DNA of 50,467 nucleotides from an uncultured candidatus Brocadiaceae bacterium (GTDB lineage Bacteria; Planctomycetota; Brocadiia; SM23-32). The stretch is taken from the NCBI GenBank assembly GCA_964605915.1, contig CAZSET010000002.1, positions 1 through 50,467 of the forward strand, in the 5' to 3' direction. This document shows, one piece after another, positions 35,643-42,678 of this stretch. A program made the position numbers and the translations under genes. Each line of letters opens with the position of its first letter. The stretch's first letter is position 1. Below the pieces are notes generated by a model. It was given only the letters and a program-made list of their open reading frames with translations, was not told the origin of the DNA and ran no database searches.

Positions 35643-37979
35643 ATGTCGAAGTATGATGAACTAGACGCGCGCACCGAACTGGAGCAGGCGATCGCGGCCG
35701 ACTTGAGGCGAGCTCTGCAAAAGCGGGGGTTCAGGGTCAGGCACAATGGGACTCCTGAAAGCAGCGCACCGGCCGGAACGCCTGACATCCTGGTCACCGA
35801 CGACGACCTAGCCTTCACATTCGAGGCAACGAGGGCCAGGGGCGCGGCACAGGACCGAGAGCTGAACTCCATTCGCGACCACCTCAATCAGATCAAGCAA
35901 GACAACCCCGCGAAGCGCTGCTACTGCGTCTTCGTTTCGCCAGAGACGTCCCGTCGGATGATCGATGGAATTCGCGACCATAACCATCAGCGGGCCAGCG
36001 AAGGCCTCAATGACATGCGAATACTTCCACTGTGCTTCGACACTGTTGAACTGTGGTCTGATCGCCTCCTAAGAAGTGACGCTGATCTTTACCCCGTGGA
36101 CAGCTTCAGGGCAGTCTTCGACCAACACGTGGAGTTCATAGACGACTTACGCGTTCGTAAGGTGCTGCTGGAGCAGGTCTTTCCCAGTGACGAAGGCTTG
36201 TTCGAGGCCGTTCGGAGGCAGGAAACAGAACTCGACCAGAAGACCCTTGAGAGGCTGGTCCGGGACTTGGCGCGCATGGAAGACTACATGCGACAGCACG
36301 GTGTTGCCGTGGGCCGAGCCGCGATAGATAACCTAATCTACCTCGTCTTCCTCAAGCTGTATGAAGAGAAGCGAGAGCGAAACGGAGACGCGAATCGTTT
36401 GCGCTCCGTTGGGGCCTTTGAGCACTACAGGCGCAACAGTGTGAGCGCCCCAGTGCGCCGCGAGAAGCGGGCCATCCACGACCTTTTCAACGACGTAAAG
36501 CAAGAAGGCGAATTCCTGTCGTCGGGGATGTTTACCCGGGGAGACAGTCTCGCTGAAACACTGCGGGACGATTTCGTGATAGACCGTCTAATCCCGATGT
36601 TCAGCGATTACACCTTCCTGGGCACGCACATAGATGCTCTGGGCGCCGTATACGAGGTCCTGGCATTACGCGCAGAGAAAGACGTCAAAGTCGGGCAGTT
36701 TTTTACCCCTGAGAACGTGGTCCGCTTCATGGTCAGCGTTGCCGACTTGGACTACCGGGACCTAGTTCTAGATCCGGCCTGCGGCACAGGGCGTTTCCTG
36801 ATCTGGGCCATGCTCGACATGCTGGGCAAGTTACAGAGGTCAGATGAGCACGATAAGGAGCACCAGTCGGAGCAGATACGTCTACACAGGCTTTTCGGGG
36901 CCGATATCGATGACCGGATCGCCAAGATAGCGAAGATGAACATGTGGATTCATGGGGACGGTAAGGCAAACGTCTTCGGCGGGCCGGCATACAACGGTCT
37001 GACGCTCCATAGGCACGGCTTTGACAGCCATGAATCTTTCGACGACGCCTTTGACGTGGTCTTGACCAATCCCCCGCTCGGTGAGCTCAACTATAGGGCA
37101 GTTGCGTTCGTTGATCGCGCGCGCCGCGACAGCGCTGAAGCAACGCTAGCACGCATGCCCGTGCTGCCAAGAAAGAGCCGGACAGCAGACAGGCTGGATA
37201 CCGTCCGGAAAAGGCTATCGGACCATGAGCACGGGCTTGCGGAGCTTGAGGCGGCTATAACGATCGTCAAGAGGGAGGAACGTGTCAGAGAGTGGCTTGC
37301 TCTAGAGGCGCATCCCCGGACACAGGACGACCGCCGGCGGCGCAGGGAATTAGGCAAGACTGAGGAAGTCCGGGAGTACCGACGACTTCGTTCCAGGGCG
37401 TCGCGCAAGCAAGTCACGATTGACAAGAACGAGCACGAAGCGAGGGAGCTTGAGGTAGACGTTCGTCGCAACGAGTGCGATTGGGCTATCACCGGCAATA
37501 CCATGAAAGGGGGAGCATTGTTTCTTGCTGCGATTTGGCACTACCTCAAGGATATCTCTCGCCCCAACATGCCGCCTGAGTGGAAGGGCGGGAGAATGCT
37601 CATCATTCTCGACGAAGGTATTCTCAACACGGACAACTACGCGGAGGTCAGGGACTTCTTGCGGTCTCATTTCTACGTGAAGGCTGTCTTCTCACTGACC
37701 AGGGACACCTTTGTCCCGGTGTCCAAGACCTCAACGAAAACGTCCATTCTGTATGCAATCAAGAAGACGGGCCCCGATGTCGCACAGAGGGAACCCGTCT
37801 TCTTCGGGCACGTTGAGCGTGTCGGTCTGGACACACGGGGCAAGTCATGTCCGAACGATTCTGCGGCAATGCTGGAGAGGTATCTCGATTTCAAGGCGAA
37901 GGTTCTCTCTTCATACTCAGGTCTTGAGTTCCGGGAAGACTGGTTTGACGCACAGGGCTTCGAAGCGGGCGGCTTATGA
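35643..37979 (+). CDS. Fusion protein: N-terminal PD-(D/E)xK-like domain + HsdM_N-like helical domain + gamma-class N6-adenine DNA methyltransferase (RM subunit candidate)
   Basis: FFTPENVVRFMVSV and DPACGTGRFL (motifs X and I), FGADIDDRIAKIAKMNMWIHG, and motif IV as TNPPLG (37068-37082). Late motifs GGALFLAAIWHYL, RMLIILDEGILNT and VKAVFSLTRDTF. The N-terminal ~170 aa contain GTPDILV-x11-FEATR. ATG 35631 is an alternative start. Confidence 0.88.
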   Translation: MSKYDELDARTELEQAIAADLRRALQKRGFRVRHNGTPESSAPAGTPDILVTDDDLAFTFEATRARGAAQDRELNSIRDHLNQIKQDNPAKRCYCVFVSPETSRRMIDGIRDHNHQRASEGLNDMRILPLCFDTVELWSDRLLRSDADLYPVDSFRAVFDQHVEFIDDLRVRKVLLEQVFPSDEGLFEAVRRQETELDQKTLERLVRDLARMEDYMRQHGVAVGRAAIDNLIYLVFLKLYEEKRERNGDANRLRSVGAFEHYRRNSVSAPVRREKRAIHDLFNDVKQEGEFLSSGMFTRGDSLAETLRDDFVIDRLIPMFSDYTFLGTHIDALGAVYEVLALRAEKDVKVGQFFTPENVVRFMVSVADLDYRDLVLDPACGTGRFLIWAMLDMLGKLQRSDEHDKEHQSEQIRLHRLFGADIDDRIAKIAKMNMWIHGDGKANVFGGPAYNGLTLHRHGFDSHESFDDAFDVVLTNPPLGELNYRAVAFVDRARRDSAEATLARMPVLPRKSRTADRLDTVRKRLSDHEHGLAELEAAITIVKREERVREWLALEAHPRTQDDRRRRRELGKTEEVREYRRLRSRASRKQVTIDKNEHEARELEVDVRRNECDWAITGNTMKGGALFLAAIWHYLKDISRPNMPPEWKGGRMLIILDEGILNTDNYAEVRDFLRSHFYVKAVFSLTRDTFVPVSKTSTKTSILYAIKKTGPDVAQREPVFFGHVERVGLDTRGKSCPNDSAAMLERYLDFKAKVLSSYSGLEFREDWFDAQGFEAGGL

Positions 37980-39397
37980 TCACTGAAACATCGAACTGCT
38001 ACTGCGTTACGCCGGCCGAAATGCAGGGAGACCGATTGGACTTCGTTTCCCACCATCCAGATCTGGAGGAGACACGCCTGTTCAGGAGATCCCATGAGGT
38101 GACACTTGGGTCCATTATCCGGACACCCGAGTATGGTCTATCCCAGAGCGGACAGGCAGAAGGTAGCACCGGCTTCCTCAACGTGCAGCACATAAGGACC
38201 AATGGACGGATCTCGTTCGATCCCCCGGTTTTCCTCCGAGACGATCCCGGCCGCCGGGAGTTAAGAACTGGCGACATACTGATTGCCCGCACCGGTCATA
38301 CTCTCGGCAAAGCCGCGTTGATTCCAGACGAGTTTGCAGGGTACTCGTGGGGGTCTTTCTGCATCCGACTGTCCCTGCTGTGCGACGCACCGTTTCGCGG
38401 GGGGTTCGTTGCGCGCTTCCTGAACTCTCGGCTGGGGCAGCTACAGATCCTCATGCTCAAGACAGGAGCAGGCAAGTTCAACATCAACTCTGAACAGATA
38501 ATGGACATACGCCTTCCCGAGCTTACGCTCGGTAGGCAAGACGAGGTCCTCAGGTCGGTGCGGCCGCTCGAGGCCCAGGCTGCCGAGCTTCAAGAGGAGA
38601 GCAAGCTTGCCCGGAGGGGACTCGAGGCTATGGTGCCCGAAGAGCTGGCCGTCGATGCGGTCAGCGCGACCAAGCGTGATTACTTCTTTCGAACCGGGAA
38701 AGAGGGTCGGTCACTCTGGTTTCATAAGCGCGCTAGTGAGCTTACAGGACGCCTTCACTACCTTTTCCACCACCCTGGCCTGGCAATCCTAGATAGTTTC
38801 TTCGACCGGTACGAGACCGTGGCCCTCAGCGATATCTGCCGCGAGCCCATCAGTAGAGGTGTCCAGCCTGAATATGAGGAAGGGGGTGAAGTCACTGTGC
38901 TGAAAACGGTGGACCTTCAGGACGGCTACATAGACTTCGAAAATGCGCTGAAAGTATCAGAAGACTTCTTCCTCTCCAGCACTGAGGCGCATGTCCGCAG
39001 AGGCGACATCTTGGTGGCGTCGACTGGATACGTATCAATGGGGAAAGTGGATGTCTACGACAGTGACGAGGCGGCCATGATATCTGGTGAACTCCTCGGG
39101 CTCCGCGTCAGGGATGAGTATGATCCCTCCTTCGTCGCTTGCTTCTTGCGCTCGCATCTTGGCAAGGTGCAGTTTGACAAGTGGTTCTCTGGCTCGTCCG
39201 GACAGATACATTTGTATGATAGTGACTTGAGTCAGTTCCTCGTACCCGCAAGTACAGCGGCTGGGGTGCCAGTAGGCGAGCAGATCCGCATTGCCAGCAT
39301 TGTGACCGACCGCATGAGCCGTGCGCGGGACCTGGAGCGCCAAGCAGAGGACAAGTGGCGGGAAGCGCAGCTCAAGTTTGAGGGAATGGTAGCGTAG
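37976..39397 (+). CDS. Restriction-modification specificity (HsdS-like) subunit with two target-recognition domains
   Basis: Two homologous halves, each with GDILIARTG / GDILVASTG, FL.S.LG..Q and a coiled conserved region (LEAQAAELQEESKLARRGLEAMV; RDLERQAEDKWREAQLKFEGMV). The ATG overlaps the upstream stop (ATGA at 37976-37979). Confidence 0.9.
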   Translation: MITETSNCYCVTPAEMQGDRLDFVSHHPDLEETRLFRRSHEVTLGSIIRTPEYGLSQSGQAEGSTGFLNVQHIRTNGRISFDPPVFLRDDPGRRELRTGDILIARTGHTLGKAALIPDEFAGYSWGSFCIRLSLLCDAPFRGGFVARFLNSRLGQLQILMLKTGAGKFNINSEQIMDIRLPELTLGRQDEVLRSVRPLEAQAAELQEESKLARRGLEAMVPEELAVDAVSATKRDYFFRTGKEGRSLWFHKRASELTGRLHYLFHHPGLAILDSFFDRYETVALSDICREPISRGVQPEYEEGGEVTVLKTVDLQDGYIDFENALKVSEDFFLSSTEAHVRRGDILVASTGYVSMGKVDVYDSDEAAMISGELLGLRVRDEYDPSFVACFLRSHLGKVQFDKWFSGSSGQIHLYDSDLSQFLVPASTAAGVPVGEQIRIASIVTDRMSRARDLERQAEDKWREAQLKFEGMVA

Positions 39398-39427
39398 CAG
39401 GGGCGTAGGCATGGTTGCAGTGCGTAG

Positions 39428-39784
39428 GTGGTCGGCTTCCCTAGATTCGCTCAAGCGGATGTGCTTGGGTTCACGAACGGGACGTTCCTTGTGGGCTGTG
39501 CACAGGAACTCCCCTTTCTGGATCGGAAGTCCGCCGCTGTCTCTATGCTTGGGCTACTGGAGAGCATGGATTGGGACGGGGTGCATGGGGTGATGGAGGA
39601 GGTCCGGCGCGTGCTCAGACCTGCCGGCCGCATGGCAGTGCTGGATGGGGATTGGGAGGGTGGCCTGCACCAGTTGCTCATCGCTCCGCATCGACGCCTC
39701 GTGCCTCCTTGCCTCCACTCGTATAGACAGGATTCAAGGGGAGGGGGTTCCGGGGATTCCGAGCTTTCTTCCTGGACGGCATGA
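39428..39784 (+). pseudogene. Class I SAM-dependent methyltransferase C-terminal fragment (lacks motif I)
   Basis: RFAQADVLGF...CAQELPFLDRKSAAVSMLGLLESMDWDGVHGVMEEVRRVLRPAGRMAVLD corresponds to post-motif-II to motif-V of Methyltransf_11-type enzymes. No GxGxG segment lies upstream. Confidence 0.55.
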
Positions 39785-39854
39785 TACAGGCGATCCGGCT
39801 TGATTCCACGACAGAAGGTGGGCAAGTTCACTCGGAAGGCGCGTGACAGGAGGC

Positions 39855-39883
39855 TTGACAGCCTGAAGCACGCCGAGTAGACT
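39855..39883 (+). promoter_or_regulatory. Near-consensus promoter TTGACA-N17-TAGACT driving a leader/sRNA
   Basis: TTGACA at 39855-39860, 17-nt spacer, TAGACT at 39878-39883. This is the same hexamer pair as the blaI promoter. Confidence 0.5.
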
Positions 39884-39927
39884 CCACGCAAGTTCCGGAC
39901 TCCATTGGCTCTAGCCGAAAGGGGGTG

Positions 39928-39999
39928 ATGCAGATGAAAGCGCTCAAGAACATCGTAATCAGCGCGGGATTCGCACGCCTCCTGGAGGCGACGCCATGA
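39928..39999 (+). CDS. Possible 23-codon leader peptide (MQMKALKNIVISAGFARLLEATP)
   Basis: The ATG is preceded by AAAGGGGGTG and the ORF ends 40 nt before the terminator stem. There is no homology evidence, so it may not be translated. Confidence 0.2.
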   Translation: MQMKALKNIVISAGFARLLEATP

Positions 40000-40038
40000 C
40001 GTAGCGCCAGGAGGCGCACAGACAGGCCGAATGTACAG

Positions 40039-40079
40039 GCGGCCACGTTGCGGAATGCCCGCGCGTGGCCGCTTTTTTT
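40039..40079 (+). terminator. Strong Rho-independent terminator
   Basis: 9-bp GC-rich stem GCGGCCACG (40039-40047) / CGTGGCCGC (40064-40072), followed directly by T7 (40073-40079). The RBS GGGAGA of the next gene starts 5 nt later. Confidence 0.8.
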
Positions 40080-40096
40080 CGTTGGGAGATCAACGC

Positions 40097-40921
40097 ATGA
40101 CAGAACCCATTACGACGAACGACGAAGCACGCCGCTGGCAGCAGCTCTTTGGGAACATGCTTTTCTGGGAGTTCGACGGCATCCCGTCCAGCGATAACAT
40201 TCGCTCTGCAGTGGGTTTCATGGAACGGGCACTCAAGCTCACGCAGGGAGACCGAGTGCTCGACCTGGCCTGCGGCCTGGGTTACCACACCATCGCACTG
40301 GCCCGGCGCGGTTACGAGGTGACTGGACTCGACTGGTCAGAACAGTACCTGGAAGTGGGCCGCCGGGATGCACGGGAGGCCGGCGTGGCGATCGACTTCG
40401 TTCAGGGCGACATGGCTCGCATGACATTCGAGGACGAGTTCGACGCCGTCGTCCTGTGGCGCAACACGTTCGGCATGATGTGCGACGACGCGAACGCGGC
40501 GGTCCTTCGCGGAATGCGCCGGGCCCTCCGGCAAGGGGGCCGCGCGCTGATCGACACCCAGAACTACACGGGCCTGCCCGACAAGCTGGACCGCGGGTGG
40601 TCCTTCAAGGAAGGGAATGACAACCGGCTCTTCCTCACGGAAGGCACCAAAGACGTGCGCCGCGGCCGATTCGGCTTCGATGTGCTGGCCATCGACCTCA
40701 CAACGGGGGAACGCCACAGAATGCCGTATTCCTGGCGCCTCTACCTGCTGCCCGAACTGGAGAAGCTGGTCACAGACGCGGGGATGCGACTGCTCGGCGT
40801 GTACGGCGACGATCCGGCCCACGTTGACTGGAAGGGCTGGCGACGAGGCGAGCCTGACCCGTATAGCCCCGAAGGCTTCACGGACAAGGCCGCGAAGCGG
40901 ATACTGCTCTGCGAAGCCTGA
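40097..40921 (+). CDS. Class I SAM-dependent methyltransferase
   Basis: Motif I VLDLACGLGYHTIALARRGYEVTGLD, then FVQGDMARMTFEDEFDAVVLWRNTFGMM and LRQGGRALID. RBS GGGAGA lies 7 nt before ATG 40097. Confidence 0.88.
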   Translation: MTEPITTNDEARRWQQLFGNMLFWEFDGIPSSDNIRSAVGFMERALKLTQGDRVLDLACGLGYHTIALARRGYEVTGLDWSEQYLEVGRRDAREAGVAIDFVQGDMARMTFEDEFDAVVLWRNTFGMMCDDANAAVLRGMRRALRQGGRALIDTQNYTGLPDKLDRGWSFKEGNDNRLFLTEGTKDVRRGRFGFDVLAIDLTTGERHRMPYSWRLYLLPELEKLVTDAGMRLLGVYGDDPAHVDWKGWRRGEPDPYSPEGFTDKAAKRILLCEA

Positions 40922-40961
40922 AGACCATGCCCGCGCTCTTGCACTGGAGGTGGGATGCCCG

Positions 40962-41666
40962 ATGGGATCCATCATCGAGATGCTGGACGAGGAGTATGCC
41001 AGCTACCTCGGCTGCCGGCCTGAGGACCTTCGCATGCACGGAGTCACTGCGCGGGCTGGAGGACGCGCCCCTCTGACAGCCGCGGTGACTGCGGCCGGGG
41101 GAATCGTCAGCTCGGCTCTCCTGGACCACAGGCAGCTGAGGGCGGCCGTCCAGGCCTGTGCCGGAAGCGATCTGCTGGACCAGGTGCATCTTCGGCGGCT
41201 GATCGGCCTCCTGCCTGAGCGGGACAAGCCCTGGAGCGTGGGCGAGCAGAACGTGCTCTACTTCTGCACCCGAGAGACGTTTCGGCCTTGTGCCGGGCCG
41301 GCCGAACCGGTGAGAGCGGACGACGCTGTCTGGGAGGAGGCCCGGGAGGCGGAGCGGGAGTTCGCTGAAGACGGCAAGAAGTGGCACGTCGAGGCGGCGT
41401 TTGCCGTGTACGTCGGCTTGGTTCGGGCGTCAACGGCTAGGCTGATCGACCAGGGACGGCATCCCTTCCGAGCCGTCGGGATCAGAACAGTGCCCGAGTT
41501 CCGGCGACGGGGCTACGCCAAGGCGTGCGTGTCGGCCGTGACGGCCTGGGCCCTGGAGCGCGGCCGCGTGCCGCTGTACAACACACAGACGCTCAACGTT
41601 GCCTCCATCGCCGTGGCACAAGCCGTTGGGTACAGCGAACACATCCGGTACGCCCAGGTGACATAG
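40962..41666 (+). CDS. GNAT-family (FR47-like) N-acetyltransferase
   Basis: C-terminal acetyl-CoA-binding core VGIRTVPEFRRRGYAKACVSAVTAWALERGRVPLYNTQTLNVASIAVAQAVGY. GGAGGTGGGA lies upstream of ATG 40962. The track ORF start at 40617 overlaps the previous gene and is not credible. Confidence 0.8.
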   Translation: MGSIIEMLDEEYASYLGCRPEDLRMHGVTARAGGRAPLTAAVTAAGGIVSSALLDHRQLRAAVQACAGSDLLDQVHLRRLIGLLPERDKPWSVGEQNVLYFCTRETFRPCAGPAEPVRADDAVWEEAREAEREFAEDGKKWHVEAAFAVYVGLVRASTARLIDQGRHPFRAVGIRTVPEFRRRGYAKACVSAVTAWALERGRVPLYNTQTLNVASIAVAQAVGYSEHIRYAQVT

Positions 41667-41842
41667 CGGCCATCTGGATCGAACGAACTGGGGACAAACG
41701 TGACTGGAGAGACGGCTACAGATACAGCTGAAGGCTTCGAGCAGGCGGTGAGGGCGGCTGACTGCGTAGGTCCTTGTGGGCGACACGTCGTTCCGGCTTT
41801 CGCACGCGATAGAGATCAGCCAAAAGGAAAGCGGATGGGAGC

Positions 41843-42663
41843 ATGCTCCGAGCGGTTAGAACTTCAATAGGCAACATGGACGCGATTCTCCAGCTTCTGG
41901 AGCGGCGTCGGCTCCACAACGCGTGGCTGATCTGGTTCGCATGGGACGCGCTCCATGATCCGGACCATTCTGGGGAGGTCGTCATCTGCCGCAGCGGCTC
42001 TCAGCTCCTCGGGGCCGCATATCTGGGACAGAGGCCGTTGCGCGACGAGAAGGCGCCGGCCGACTTCGACGTCCACATGGATGCCGTCAGCGCTGACGCG
42101 GCCAGGGCGCTGACGGAGGCGTTGTGCCCTGGGGCCATCGGCCACTTCCAGCTCTTCACGCCAGAGACTCGGCAGTTCTTCGATGGGCTCGAGGACGCGA
42201 AGCGCCACGAGGACGATCTCTACTACACCGTGTCGGCGGAGCACTTCCGGCCCGTCGGCCGCCCTGATGTGGTCGAGATGACAGAGGCCGAAGCCGGCCT
42301 TTTCGAGGGGTGCGAACGCCAGCCGGACTGGGCGCATGCCCATGAGGAGAGCAGGCTGTTCGCCATCGTCCTGGATGAGAGTGTTGCTGCCTCCGTCTGC
42401 TGCACTCCCATCACGCCCAATGGGGCGACCGCTCCGCGCGTGGTCAGCATCGGAGCGCTGCACACGGAGACGCCTCACCGTCGGCAGGGCCTGGGCCGGC
42501 GGATGGCGCCTACGCCACCCAGTTGATTCTGAGCGAAGGCAACCTGCCGATCTACTGGACAGGGCCGGATAACGCAGCTTCCCAGCGCCTGTGCACAGGC
42601 CTGGGGTACTGGCAATACGCCCAGAAAGTGAACTACGTCTGGCGACGCACGGCCGGGCGATGA
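41843..42663 (+). pseudogene. GNAT-family N-acetyltransferase paralogue interrupted by a frameshift near 42500
   Basis: Frame 1 ends ...LHTETPHRRQGLGRRMAPTPPS* (TGA 42524-42526). The +1 frame continues with the expected GNAT C-terminus (G)AYATQLILSEGNLPIYWTGPDNAASQRLCTGLGYWQYAQKVNYVWRR to TGA 42661-42663. Confidence 0.7.
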
Positions 42664-42678
42664 AGGGAGTGCCTAGAG

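Larger units (their letters stand above)
39890..40079 (+). ncRNA. ~190-nt structured leader or small RNA ending in an intrinsic terminator, immediately upstream of a SAM-MTase gene
   Basis: Bounded by the promoter at 39855-39883 and the terminator at 40039-40079. Contains mutually exclusive pairings (CGCCTCCTGG 39976-39985 vs CCAGGAGGCG 40007-40016; local hairpin GCGCC-AGGA-GGCGC 40004-40017). I could not recognise a known riboswitch class. Confidence 0.4.

Noticed and set aside
35643-39397. Calling the module a classical Type I RM system.
   Set aside because: No HsdR/SF2-helicase-nuclease gene is present on either side within the window, and the MTase carries an extra N-terminal domain. It is therefore described as Type IIB-like or an orphan M+S pair.
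39890-40079. Assigning the leader upstream of the SAM-MTase gene to a SAM or SAH riboswitch class.
   Set aside because: I could not recognise the conserved cores of the SAM-I, SAM-II, SAM-V or SAH motifs by eye. It is reported only as an unclassified terminator-containing leader.
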